The notes under the pieces were generated by a model. It did no database searches, was not told the DNA's origin, and saw nothing but the letters and a program-made list of their open reading frames with translations. Shown here one piece after another: positions 37,070 through 46,221 of a stretch of 64,000 nt of DNA. A program made the translations under genes and the position numbers. Position 1 is the first letter of the stretch. Each line of letters begins with the position of its first letter. The stretch is from a virus. Taxonomy: Duplodnaviria > Caudoviricetes. Where the stretch lies: IMG/VR virus record IMGVR_UViG_2740892201_000001, positions 1 through 64,000 of that record; one strand, given 5' to 3'.

Positions 37070-37915
37070 ATGACAGTCTCATCCACCCAAAGTTACGTGG
37101 AGTATAACGCTGACGGGGTCACGGCGACATTCACCATTCCCTTTTACTTCCTGCTGAACAGCGACATCTCGGTGATGATTGCAGACTCGGCGGGGAATAT
37201 CAGCGAGCCGGTTAATGGCACTGACTTCACCGTCACTGGCGCGGGAGATAGCGGAGGTGGATCCCTCACTTTCGGCGCTGTCACCGCGACAGAAAACACT
37301 ATCCTTATTTACCGGAATCCACCGGTAACACAGGAAACAAAGTACTACGAGAACGGCAAGTTCCCCGCCTCATCTCATGAGGCTGCACTGGATAAGCTGA
37401 CAATGCTCATTCAGGAGTTCGGCTGGCGCTTCGACTCGTTAACCCTGAAGAAACCCAGCTTCTTCGCCGGCTATTACGACGCTCTAAATAACCGCATCAG
37501 CAACCTTGCAGACCCCGCTGCAGAGACAGACGCGGTGCCAAAGCGCTATGTCGACAGCTCTGTCTCAGACTTCAAGAAATACGTAGACGATGAAGTTTCA
37601 GCAGAGGCTGCAATCCGTGCTGCCGCTGATTTGGCTGAAGCTAATGCGCGTGCTGCTGCCGACGCCAATATTCAGGAGCAGCTAACTGGAAACGTTCCTC
37701 TCGAATCCAGCGCGTTCTCTCCTATCTCCTGGCATAAGCAGACGATAGACAACAGCGTAAATATTCCTGCTGGCATGAATGCATGGTCATTCGGGCCCGA
37801 CATGACCATCTCAGATGGTCAGCAGGTAGTCATACCTGAAGGCAGCCACTGGACCATTGCAGATGGACAACTGGTTACTGCATCAGCCTCCAACGTCGAT
37901 TATGGCGAACTCTAA
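37070..37915 (+). CDS. Tail fibre adaptor (T7 gp17 N-terminal domain)
   Basis: Y.ADG.T.TF.IPF, HE.ALDKLTM.IQ, I.NLADP..DA..K.YVD. Confidence 0.88.
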   Translation: MTVSSTQSYVEYNADGVTATFTIPFYFLLNSDISVMIADSAGNISEPVNGTDFTVTGAGDSGGGSLTFGAVTATENTILIYRNPPVTQETKYYENGKFPASSHEAALDKLTMLIQEFGWRFDSLTLKKPSFFAGYYDALNNRISNLADPAAETDAVPKRYVDSSVSDFKKYVDDEVSAEAAIRAAADLAEANARAAADANIQEQLTGNVPLESSAFSPISWHKQTIDNSVNIPAGMNAWSFGPDMTISDGQQVVIPEGSHWTIADGQLVTASASNVDYGEL

Positions 37916-37924
37916 GGAAACCTC

Positions 37925-38209
37925 ATGGCAGCATCACTGCAGTTAAAAGGCGGCACAGCCGCAAAGGTCGCCGCGTATACGCCATTGGCGCGTGAAGTCG
38001 TAATCGACACCGACAACTGGCTGCTGGTTATAGGCGACGGCACCACGGCAGGTGGCAAGCCTCTTACGGTAGCCTCCGCGGCGAAATGGACTACTGGACG
38101 GACGTTCTCATTTACAGGTGCAGCAACTGGATCAGCAACGGGAGTCGATGGTTCAGCGAACGTATCAATTGCGCTGACGCTCGGCGCTGTCGACCTCGGC
38201 ACCCTGTAA
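37925..38209 (+). CDS. Short Mtd_N-like tail fibre linker protein
   Basis: QLKGGT...E.VIDTD...IGDG.TAGG; A.KW.T.RT fibre repeat. Confidence 0.75.
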   Translation: MAASLQLKGGTAAKVAAYTPLAREVVIDTDNWLLVIGDGTTAGGKPLTVASAAKWTTGRTFSFTGAATGSATGVDGSANVSIALTLGAVDLGTL

Positions 38210-38218
38210 GGAGGATGA

Positions 38219-38776
38219 ATGGCAGCCTCTATTCAGGTTAAGCGCGGTACAACCGCAAAGGTCGCAGCATACACGCCACTTGAGGGAGAGCTGGTGCTGG
38301 ACCTCACAACCAAGAAACTTTATGTGGGTGACGGTAGCACGGCGGGAGGAAATCAGATTGTTGCAAGTAAGAAGGGCGTGACTGACGCAACGAGCGCAGC
38401 AACAGGTGAAGTTGGTGAAGTGCTTACAGCCACGACATCAAATACCGCTGTAACGACCGCCACCGCACTAAACGCAACCTCGCTGGTGCTTACTCCTGGT
38501 GACTGGGATGTCAGTGGCGTCATCCGCTTTGACACAACAATAGCGGCGCTTACTTCGCTGATCGGCGGGTTAAACACCACGTCAGCGACGCAGCCTTCTT
38601 TCCCAAACTGCTATCAACTGATGAGTACGCTTAACACGGCCACCCAGCAATTTGCGGTTCCTACGCAGCGCATCAACGTATCAGCAAACACAACAATCTA
38701 TCTGGTGGCATACACCAGCTTCACTTCGGGAACCGTTACTGTTAACGGGCACATCCGCGCACGCAGGGCGAGGTAA
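38219..38776 (+). CDS. Mtd_N-like receptor-binding protein
   Basis: QVKRGT...GELV.D...VGDG.TAGG; C-terminal beta domain LTPGDWDV...I.ARR. Confidence 0.75.
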   Translation: MAASIQVKRGTTAKVAAYTPLEGELVLDLTTKKLYVGDGSTAGGNQIVASKKGVTDATSAATGEVGEVLTATTSNTAVTTATALNATSLVLTPGDWDVSGVIRFDTTIAALTSLIGGLNTTSATQPSFPNCYQLMSTLNTATQQFAVPTQRINVSANTTIYLVAYTSFTSGTVTVNGHIRARRAR

Positions 38777-38778
38777 TA

Positions 38779-40419
38779 ATGAGTAACTTGCACGTAAACA
38801 CCTTATGGCCGACTGACAATTCCTTGTCCGTTGATGTCAAAGACCTCGCTGGACGAATTAAGCGCAGTGTCAACGTTCTGACATATGGCGCCGACCCAAC
38901 CGGCACATATGACAGCACTGCAGCTTTCAACCGCGCAGCTGCTGCTTCCGGTGGCGATCTCGTCGAAGTAAGCCCTGATGGCAATGGTAATGCCACTTAT
39001 AAGGTGCTGAGCGCTACGAATTCTGCTGTATGGTCAATTCACCCAGGCGTAACAATTACCGGTAAAAGCAATGCTGGTTCAGCAGGCGGTGGTGTGCCTG
39101 ACTTTTCCAATCTTACTGGCCGGGCATTCAACATGTCCCCGGGCGGGCAAATGGGATTGCGTCTTGGCAGCACATCACCATGGCTGACGGCCAGCTTTCG
39201 TGACCCAATCGAGTATATTTCGGAAACTGTGTCAGTTGCCAAATCTGGCGGCTATGGCTTAGTAGGCGCAAGCCGTGCAAGTGATGACCCGGCAGCCAAC
39301 ATGAATACGATCGGCGTCGGCGCATTCGGTTACAACGACTACGCGACAGCACCTAACCCTGTATGGGCATCGTATATGGAAGGGCGCAGGAACGCCGGGA
39401 CGGGGCCGCTTTTCGGTCTTGAGATGGACTTTGTGAACCTGGGTACAGATTTCAAAGAGACGACCGTCAACACCATCGACCCGTACAGTGCAAATTCGCC
39501 AGTGATTGGCCTTCGCCTAAGTGCTGGCGGCGGCGTTGGTGGGAATCCTTGCTCAACAGGCATGGACTTCAGTCCAAACGGAACAACGTGGAATAATGGC
39601 ATTATGTTCCGCGCTGGCAGCCTGACTGATGGCAAAGCCATCGGTATGCCTGCCGACTATGCAATTAACTATTACGACGCCACTGGTGCGATCATCGGCG
39701 TACGCAATGGCTATGGCAGCTTCCTGACAGACATCGGTGACGCCAACACAACCTGCGTGACCGACCAGGTTATCCGAAACCGAACCACTGGCAAGACGGC
39801 GGATGGAGATTATCTTTATCTTCTGCAGGCGCGCTATTACCCTGCAAGTGCGTCGGCAATCTCTAACCAGCTGGTCTTCAAGCAGGTCTCCACTTATCGC
39901 ACCTCTGCAATCCTGACTGCTAACAACGATACAGCTGTAGCGGTAGGCATCGCGATCAATGAGTTTTCCAACAACAGCGTTGCGCCAAACATTGATGCGT
40001 CCCTTTCACTCGGTACAGCGGCTTATCGGTGGGGGCAGATTTACTCATCCACATCGACTATCAGCACATCGGACGGGAATCTGAAAACTGATATTCGCGA
40101 CCTGACGGATGTGGAAAAGCGTGTTGCTTCAAAAGTAAAAGGCCTGATAAAGATGTTCCGCTTTAAGGAAGACAAGGAACAGAAAGGTGAGGACGCCCGA
40201 ATTCATACCGGCGTAATTGCTCAGGATGTTATCGCAGCGTTTGAAGGGGAAGGTCTTGATCCTTTCCGGTATGGCATCGTTTGTCTGGATAAGTGGGATG
40301 CTATTCCAGAGCAAAGAGACGACAAGACCGGAAAGGTAATCAGAGAGGCGAAGGCCGCAGGCGAGCGCTACGGCATTCGTTATGAAGAGCTGATGTGCTT
40401 TGTTATTTGCTCGATCTGA
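38779..40419 (+). CDS. Tailspike with C-terminal intramolecular chaperone (S74)
   Basis: VNV..YGADPTG..DSTAAF; TSD.NLK.DI, H.GVIAQ, YGIRYEEL. Confidence 0.88.
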   Translation: MSNLHVNTLWPTDNSLSVDVKDLAGRIKRSVNVLTYGADPTGTYDSTAAFNRAAAASGGDLVEVSPDGNGNATYKVLSATNSAVWSIHPGVTITGKSNAGSAGGGVPDFSNLTGRAFNMSPGGQMGLRLGSTSPWLTASFRDPIEYISETVSVAKSGGYGLVGASRASDDPAANMNTIGVGAFGYNDYATAPNPVWASYMEGRRNAGTGPLFGLEMDFVNLGTDFKETTVNTIDPYSANSPVIGLRLSAGGGVGGNPCSTGMDFSPNGTTWNNGIMFRAGSLTDGKAIGMPADYAINYYDATGAIIGVRNGYGSFLTDIGDANTTCVTDQVIRNRTTGKTADGDYLYLLQARYYPASASAISNQLVFKQVSTYRTSAILTANNDTAVAVGIAINEFSNNSVAPNIDASLSLGTAAYRWGQIYSSTSTISTSDGNLKTDIRDLTDVEKRVASKVKGLIKMFRFKEDKEQKGEDARIHTGVIAQDVIAAFEGEGLDPFRYGIVCLDKWDAIPEQRDDKTGKVIREAKAAGERYGIRYEELMCFVICSI

Positions 40420-41671
40420 TATCTGGGGAGGCACTGCCTCCCTTTCTATGCAAAATCTCGTTATGCACAGCGCTACATAATGCTATTACAGCGCATATGT
40501 GAAGCAAGTATGCAACCCGAAAATATGAAGCATAAACTGTTGGTGAGAAGCCGATCATTACTACACTGGCCATCCCGCAAGAAATAGCTATTAGCGGAAC
40601 GGTAGTTCTGTCCAGCCCTCTAATCAGCAGTGCAGAATTGAACATAATGCATACAGAATAAATCATTGTAAACAACATGTTAGCCCATCCAGAAAGAGAT
40701 GAGAATTTTTCAGGCCACGGATAGAGCAAATCAGGGGAAAGCCAATTAAAGAAAAATCTTGAGAGTCCATGACCAGATAGACTCGTAATCAAAGATAATA
40801 CCATGTATGTAAATATGACAAAGCATGAAGCTAAGTGGAGGAATCCTAGTTTCCTGCCCCTGTTTAAATAAATCAGAACTGCAGACAGGCAAAATATTGG
40901 TATGTTATATGGCATGCTGTAAGTGCTGCCAAGCCGGTCAATTCCAAACATAACTTTGGTCAGGATGCTGTATTCTCCGAATCCAGGCATCCATGTAGCT
41001 GATTCAGCTGCAAATCGCAATGAGTTCCCAGGAGCACTGAACATTATAAGAGAGCATATTGCCAGAACCGATATGTAAATAATTGAATACCAAGAGGGTC
41101 TTACTTTTTTCAAAACCAGCATCAAGATTGATATTAGCAAAAGAAAAATCGCTGACTGCTCAGAAAAAGATGCGATTAATAATGCTAGTATTGAAAGTGT
41201 GGAGTTAATCACTCCTCTCTTCATGCTGGAGAAAACGCTAAGTGAATATATTGCAAGAGAAAAAGGTATAATATAATTATAGGCGCCAGTTACCCAAAAA
41301 AAAGAATCTTCATTGATCATTCTTGGTGTTAGCAACAAAATCACTGCAGCAGCTATAGTGGTATAAAACCCTACACTATTAGTTGCGAGCTTACTTATAG
41401 AGCAAACTAAAACAATGAAAGATGTCGGAATGATAATTTTCCAAAAGGTTTCAATTCCTATTGTAGCAGTCAGTAACCCCTCTAAAGTTACTCGTCCGCT
41501 CCATGTGTCATATCTATATAAAAGGAAATCTACCAACCCCCTTGATTCAAGCGCTTTTGAGAAAAACACATCATCATTAGCACCCCTGAGAGAAAGATGC
41601 TGGAACATAATCGCGTAGAAAATGCAGGCCATTGCAATGACACATAGTAACTTTATTTTACTTGCATTCAT
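40403..41671 (-). CDS. GtrC-like serotype-specific glucosyltransferase (multi-TM)
   Basis: NDD..F, Y.TWSGR, W.TGA.NY, APGN..R, GFSPTVY; AT-rich; in gtr operon. Confidence 0.8.
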   Translation of the reverse strand: MNASKIKLLCVIAMACIFYAIMFQHLSLRGANDDVFFSKALESRGLVDFLLYRYDTWSGRVTLEGLLTATIGIETFWKIIIPTSFIVLVCSISKLATNSVGFYTTIAAAVILLLTPRMINEDSFFWVTGAYNYIIPFSLAIYSLSVFSSMKRGVINSTLSILALLIASFSEQSAIFLLLISILMLVLKKVRPSWYSIIYISVLAICSLIMFSAPGNSLRFAAESATWMPGFGEYSILTKVMFGIDRLGSTYSMPYNIPIFCLSAVLIYLNRGRKLGFLHLASCFVIFTYMVLSLITSLSGHGLSRFFFNWLSPDLLYPWPEKFSSLSGWANMLFTMIYSVCIMFNSALLIRGLDRTTVPLIAISCGMASVVMIGFSPTVYASYFRVAYLLHICAVIALCSAVHNEILHRKGGSASPDIRSSK

Positions 41672-42104
41672 ACCTGATCCCTCTTGCCTTGACTTTATCT
41701 TCATTGATAATCACAGCTATCTCTCCAGAAAGGCCGCCCAGAAGGCTTATGTTCCTGATTGATGCTTCAAATCCCGATCTGTCATAAACAGAATTGACCT
41801 TAAAAAACCTGCTAACATCAGGCCTGCTCACAATAGAGGATTTTACAACGACCCACTCATCAGATTTATTTTTTCTCGCATATATGACAGCATGATTGTT
41901 AGGGTGCTCAGGATTTAAAGCCCATCCTTTTACCGTCATGAATTTTTCGTTAAAATAGCAGCTATCAATTGATGTGAAATCTTTATTGTCATCAAAGCTT
42001 GGAACTTCTACCGTTTTGTAACTGTTCCAAGATAGAAATAATAGCGACGATACCATCACGCAGGCTGAAATTAAAAGGGCAAAAGAAATTTTCAGAGCAT
42101 TCAT
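41658..42104 (-). CDS. Membrane-anchored periplasmic accessory protein of gtr locus
   Basis: N-terminal TM; ID.C...V.GWA...RPDV...SGF. Confidence 0.7.
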   Translation of the reverse strand: MNALKISFALLISACVMVSSLLFLSWNSYKTVEVPSFDDNKDFTSIDSCYFNEKFMTVKGWALNPEHPNNHAVIYARKNKSDEWVVVKSSIVSRPDVSRFFKVNSVYDRSGFEASIRNISLLGGLSGEIAVIINEDKVKARGIRYECK

Positions 42105-43021
42105 TTTTCGTCCCTCTTTATAACATACCGGGGTCTTTGTTTCGTCTCGACATAGATTCTTCCGATATACTCGCCAAGAACTCCAATGCCTATGAGTTGC
42201 ACCCCGCCAAGAAACAGAATAGATACCAGAATCGAAGGATAACCAGCGACGGGATTCCCCCAGATCAGCTTGTCAGCAATCATCCACACGCCATAAAGAA
42301 AAGACAGGGCGGCAACGAAAAATCCGATATAGGTCCACATGCGCAGTGGGAAAGTTGAGAAAGAGGTTATCCCCTCTAAGGCCAGGTTCCAAAGTTTCCA
42401 GCCATTGAATTTTGTGCTGCCTGCAACGCGTTCTGCACGGGCATATTCAACGATATCGGTTTTTCCGCCAACCCATGACAGAATTCCCTTCATAAAAAGG
42501 TTTCGCTCAGGCAAAAGCTTGATGCTCTCAACCACATCGCGTGACATCAGGCGGAAGTCGCCAACGTTCTCTTCAATTTTTGGCGAGCTAATTTTGTTGT
42601 GCAGCCTGTAGAACCACTCCGCAGTCTTGCGCTTCATGTGTCCATCAGTGCTTCTGTCAATCCGCTTAGCCAGGACCATATCGGCCCCTGCCTGCCAGCG
42701 CTCAATCAGCTTAGGTATGACTTCCAGCGGGTCCTGCAAATCAACGTCAATTGGGATAATGGCATCACCAGTGGCATTTTCGATTCCTGCAAATAGAGCT
42801 GCTTCCTTGCCGAAGTTTCTTGTAAAGAATACGTTTCGGACCAGTGGATCTTCCTCCTGCATATCCTTCATCAGCTGCGCCGTGAAATCGGTGCTGCCGT
42901 CATCTACGAAGACAATTTCTATTTCATATGGCTTCAGGAATTCTTTATGTCTGACTGCGCTGTAAAAGAACCTTATTGCGTCTTCTTCATTGTAGACAGG
43001 AACGACTAACGAAATTTTCAT
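42101..43021 (-). CDS. gtrB: Bactoprenol glucosyltransferase GtrB
   Basis: [41 protein letters not shown]. Confidence 0.97.
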   Translation of the reverse strand: MKISLVVPVYNEEDAIRFFYSAVRHKEFLKPYEIEIVFVDDGSTDFTAQLMKDMQEEDPLVRNVFFTRNFGKEAALFAGIENATGDAIIPIDVDLQDPLEVIPKLIERWQAGADMVLAKRIDRSTDGHMKRKTAEWFYRLHNKISSPKIEENVGDFRLMSRDVVESIKLLPERNLFMKGILSWVGGKTDIVEYARAERVAGSTKFNGWKLWNLALEGITSFSTFPLRMWTYIGFFVAALSFLYGVWMIADKLIWGNPVAGYPSILVSILFLGGVQLIGIGVLGEYIGRIYVETKQRPRYVIKRDEK

Positions 43022-43377
43022 TGTTTCTCTCTAAATATTACATATTTCGAATAAAGGAAGCCGCATACAAGACTGATCCCCGAGAATAACACTAACGTTA
43101 CGATCGGATTTATTTTCAGTTTATCGCCATATCCACCTACGAGCGTAGCAACCATGCCCATAAAGAATACGTACATCATGTATCGAAAGGTTGTGGCCTC
43201 AGCGCTGAAAGTCCATCTAGCGTTAGCGAAAAAGGAAAACGTGACAGCAACGCAGAATGCGATGAAATTTGACAGAGATTGGGTTTGTCCGTTCTTGATG
43301 CAGATAGCAAACACGACCCAATGAATCAGCGTGTTGAGAACTCCAATCGTCATGTAGCGGGCAAATAATTTAGCCAT
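43018..43377 (-). CDS. gtrA: Bactoprenol-glucose flippase GtrA
   Basis: [26 protein letters not shown]. Confidence 0.96.
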   Translation of the reverse strand: MAKLFARYMTIGVLNTLIHWVVFAICIKNGQTQSLSNFIAFCVAVTFSFFANARWTFSAEATTFRYMMYVFFMGMVATLVGGYGDKLKINPIVTLVLFSGISLVCGFLYSKYVIFREKQ

Positions 43378-43457
43378 GTTGACACCTGAAAATTTTGATA
43401 CGGGATTTTGTCATTGAGATAGGTGATGATCAAGGAATCGATCATTTGCGTGAGGCA

Positions 43458-43523
43458 ATAAAAAAGCCCGGCGACCGGGCAATGACTCAACCGCGCCTCT
43501 CTGAGCAGGCTACGGGGTGGGTT
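43458..43523 (-). ncRNA. Candidate sRNA A
   Basis: RpoS-like -10 CTACCCT (43529-35); terminator GCCCGG/CCGGGC plus U-tract. Confidence 0.4.
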
Positions 43524-43567
43524 TTGTCAGGGTAGGTCATCATCACAACAGGAGCCAGGCGGGAGGC

Positions 43568-43720
43568 AAAAAATTACCCACCCCCGAGGCGGGTGGCGGG
43601 CATAATTTGTGGTGGAGCCAGTGACACTCTTTTGAGGCATCTCATGATTGTGACGAGGTTTAAGGCGAGCCAGCCATGCGCCTCTTCAGCCAGCGGTAGG
43701 AGCGCGGGCCTGTACACAAC
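43568..43720 (-). ncRNA. Candidate sRNA B
   Basis: TTGTAA-16-TACCAT (43754-43727); terminator CCACCC/GGGTGG plus U6. Confidence 0.35.
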
Positions 43721-43785
43721 AGTCATATGGTAGGGGGCTGAGCTGGTATTACAAGCGTAAGCGGTAACTAATTTGGGGGATGCGC

Positions 43786-43852
43786 AAAAAAAAGCCCACC
43801 AGAGGCGGGCAACCATAAATTTATCAACACATATCAGTGAGGAGAACCTCAC
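43786..43852 (-). ncRNA. Candidate sigma28-dependent sRNA C
   Basis: FliA-type promoter, 5' hairpin GTGAGG/CCTCAC, terminator plus U8. Confidence 0.55.
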
Positions 43853-43857
43853 AGCAA

Positions 43858-43884
43858 GTATCGCCAACCCGAAGAAAAACTTTA
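43858..43884 (-). promoter_or_regulatory. Sigma28 (FliA)-type promoter
   Basis: TAAAGTTT-N11-GGCGATAC versus consensus TAAAGTTT-N11-GCCGATAA. Confidence 0.6.
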
Positions 43885-43933
43885 GCCTTACGTCTCGTTT
43901 TTAATGGTTATCTACTCACCGATTTCAGAGCGC

Positions 43934-44003
43934 AAAAAAGCCCGCGTTACGCAGGCATCAATTGGGACAAAAAGGAAAAATCTCAGTATCAGCATCCGCT
44001 GAC
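43934..44003 (-). ncRNA. Candidate sRNA D (homologue of 51574-51642)
   Basis: -10 TATGGT, 5' hairpin TCAGC/GCTGA, core TTGTCCCAATTGA, terminator plus U6. Confidence 0.55.
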
Positions 44004-44194
44004 AGTCGCACCATACAGGGTTCCGGGCCAATAGATAGTGATGAATCTGGCAATAGCGAAACGTGAGCAAGTTATGTATTTTCGTCATGCAAAACTATGC
44101 AGCGCTCGGGCTATAGAGCATAAATTCAGCACCAGCTGCAGCTTTACAATTTTGCTACTCGCTTCGCCTTGATCAAATCCACCGATCGATATTA

Positions 44195-44210
44195 CTGTTT
44201 ATTCATACAG
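44195..44210. promoter_or_regulatory. LexA (SOS) box
   Basis: CTGTTTATTCATACAG (CTG-N10-CAG) upstream of umuD-like operon. Confidence 0.85.
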
Positions 44211-44233
44211 TATTTATCAGAGGAGGATTACTG

Positions 44234-44473
44234 ATGGCGCGAGACTACGAGATAAAGCCTGCATTCGTACAGGCGATCACATTGGACCGACTAGGGCGTC
44301 AGATAGTGACGACCAGCGCATTCCAGGCGAAGCTGGAGGCCGTAAACCATCACTGGACGCTGCAGCAGTGCAACCAGTGGATACGACGCGAACAGAATAT
44401 GTTCATGGAGCTGGCGACAGAAAACGGTGACAACCGCACCTACGCCCTGCGTAATATGGGATATGTGAGGTAG
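44234..44473 (+). CDS. SOS-regulated hypothetical protein
   Basis: 79 aa; GGAGG SD; I..AF..AI...VTT..F...L...N..W pattern usual before UmuD-like genes. Confidence 0.75.
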   Translation: MARDYEIKPAFVQAITLDRLGRQIVTTSAFQAKLEAVNHHWTLQQCNQWIRREQNMFMELATENGDNRTYALRNMGYVR

Positions 44474-44475
44474 TC

Positions 44476-44799
44476 ATGGGATTTCAGTCACCGGCGCAGG
44501 ATTACGTCGAGAGCCGTCTCGATCTCAACAGGCTGTTTGCACCTCACCCAAACCACATGCTCCGGATAGAGACGCCAGGCGGATTCGCTCTGATAGACCG
44601 ATCGCTTCAGGCGAAGCCGGGCGACACGGTCGCATTCCAGTTCGACGATTACCCGCAACTGGGGAAACTATTCAGCACAGGCATCATCACTCAGGATGGA
44701 GAGACGTTAGAAGGGAATGGGCTTGAGGGGGTCGTGGTGCTTGGGAAGGTGACTGCCGAGGTTCTGACTCTATACGAGCCTTACCGACCGACAATCTGA
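44476..44799 (+). CDS. HumD/UmuD'-like protein (degenerate S24)
   Basis: MGFQSPAQDYVE.RLDLN, DRSL...GD, GKVT; lacks GDSM. Confidence 0.8.
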   Translation: MGFQSPAQDYVESRLDLNRLFAPHPNHMLRIETPGGFALIDRSLQAKPGDTVAFQFDDYPQLGKLFSTGIITQDGETLEGNGLEGVVVLGKVTAEVLTLYEPYRPTI

Positions 44800-44810
44800 G
44801 GCGAAAGGGG

Positions 44811-45983
44811 CTATGCCCCTTTACCATCCAGCCAGTCAGCCCAATGTTGCATCATCTCAATACGGTTATTAAGATACTGGGCATGGTTATAAATTCCTCG
44901 CGTACCTTGCGAGTTCACGTGCGCCAGCTGGGCCTCAATAGCATCACTGTTCCAGTGAAGTTCGTTCATGACGGTGCTGAACTGGTGACGGAATCCGTGC
45001 CCACTGGTTTGCCCCTCATATCCAATCCTTCTTATCACACCGAGCACGGTATTCTCGCTGATAGGCTTCTTCTGGTCAGTACGGCCCGGGAAGCAGAGCA
45101 GGTACTGGCCGGTGACCTTTTTCAGGAAAGTCAGCAGTTCGACTACCTGATCAGACATAGGCACTATGTGTATACGCCGACCCTTCATTACTTCGGCGTC
45201 AATCGTGATAAGTCTATTTTCAAAGTCGACGTTCGCCCATGCCATCGAGCGTAACTCTTTTGTACGCAGAGCGGTGTAGTGAAGAACCTGCGCCGCAATC
45301 TTTGCAATCACGCTTCCACCATACCCTTCAAGCGCCCTGTGGAACTCCCGTATACGGTTAATTGGAAGGAAAGGGTAGTTCTCCTTTCTGTATCCTCGCA
45401 GGGCATCGACAAGGTCTGGCGCGGGGTTGTACTTAGCTCGCCCGGTTACGATCGCATACCGGAAAACCTCGCCACACCTCCTCCTGGCCTTATCCGCTCT
45501 CTCCATCGCGCCACGTTCTTCGAAAAGCCTGATGACCTTCAGCAGAACCATTGGCTCAACCTCTTCCATTTTCAGGTGACCGATGATCGGCAAAATGTCG
45601 TCTGTGAACATCCGGTGTAGCTCATCCGCATAACCCGGGGACCAGACTTTAGACTTGTGGGCATACCATTCCCCGAAGATATCGCCAAAGGTGTCAGCAT
45701 TAGCCTCTTTCTCTTTCTTCTTCAGCGACTGCTTCTGCTCGGCAGGATCAACGCCAGCAAGCAGCTTCATCTTGGCCTCAGACTGGCGGGCCCGGGCTTC
45801 TGTAAGCGATATCTCAGGATAGGGCCCAATTACTAGCGTCTTTTCTTTCCCGTCAAACCGGTAACGCAGCCGCCAGACCTTTTTGCCGGTAGGGGGAACG
45901 AAAAGGAACAGACCGCCAGAATCGGCCAGGCGATATGACTTTTCCTTAGGGCGTGCAGCATCAATCTGCTTGACGGTCAGCAT
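44811..45983 (-). CDS. intS: IntS-like tyrosine integrase (prophage 1)
   Basis: MLTVKQI.AA.PKEK.YRL; R, HGFR, LAH and Y catalytic residues. Confidence 0.93.
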   Translation of the reverse strand: MLTVKQIDAARPKEKSYRLADSGGLFLFVPPTGKKVWRLRYRFDGKEKTLVIGPYPEISLTEARARQSEAKMKLLAGVDPAEQKQSLKKKEKEANADTFGDIFGEWYAHKSKVWSPGYADELHRMFTDDILPIIGHLKMEEVEPMVLLKVIRLFEERGAMERADKARRRCGEVFRYAIVTGRAKYNPAPDLVDALRGYRKENYPFLPINRIREFHRALEGYGGSVIAKIAAQVLHYTALRTKELRSMAWANVDFENRLITIDAEVMKGRRIHIVPMSDQVVELLTFLKKVTGQYLLCFPGRTDQKKPISENTVLGVIRRIGYEGQTSGHGFRHQFSTVMNELHWNSDAIEAQLAHVNSQGTRGIYNHAQYLNNRIEMMQHWADWLDGKGA

Positions 45984-45984
45984 G

Positions 45985-46031
45985 TGGGCATAATTCCGGG
46001 CATAGTTTTTGGTGTGCCCACAATATGCCCG
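45985..46031. repeat. Integrase arm-type sites (GGGCATA direct and inverted copies)
   Basis: TGGGCATA, CGGGCATA, TGTGCCCA, TATGCCCG just upstream of int. Confidence 0.65.
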
Positions 46032-46146
46032 CAAAAAGTCGGCGTAGTCAATTCATGTCGGTTCGCGTCGGTTGTATATGATTTGCGGTAAAGGGTGTTT
46101 CTGAAGGGGTTTTGTTCGTGTCGGTGGAGGCGGGTTCTGTAGAATG

Positions 46147-46221
46147 TGGTGTCCCCTGCAGGAATCGAACCTGCAACTAGCCCTTAGGAGGGGCTCGTTA
46201 TATCCATTTAACTAAGGGGAC
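46147..46221 (-). tRNA. argW: tRNA-Arg(CCT)
   Basis: GTCCCCTTAGTTAAATGGATATAACGAGCCC-CTCCTAA-GGGCTAGTTGCAGGTTCGATTCCTGCAGGGGACACCA cloverleaf with CCA end. Confidence 0.97.

Larger units (their letters stand above)
1..46146. mobile_element. Prophage 1: lambdoid early region with podovirus virion genes, integrated at the 3' end of tRNA-Arg(CCT); left att lies outside the window
   Basis: Contiguous phage gene order from TorI-like excisionase (1-201) to IntS-like integrase abutting the tRNA 3' end; same int/xis split as KplE1/HK620/Sf6 at argW. Confidence 0.93.

Noticed and set aside
37925-38776. Diversity-generating retroelement suggested by Mtd_N-like domains
   Set aside because: No reverse transcriptase, Avd or TR/VR repeat pair with adenine-specific differences is visible in the window
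43989-44003. CsrA-binding GGA hairpin in sRNA D
   Set aside because: Only one GGA loop, and the homologue E has TTAT at that position
43574-44034. ORFs 43574-43867 (-) and 43837-44034 (+)
   Set aside because: No SD, atypical composition, and they run through terminator hairpins; a non-coding interpretation fits better
45984-46034. Longer integrase N-terminus
   Set aside because: The extension consists of arm-site repeats; homology to IntS begins at MLTVKQI (45983)
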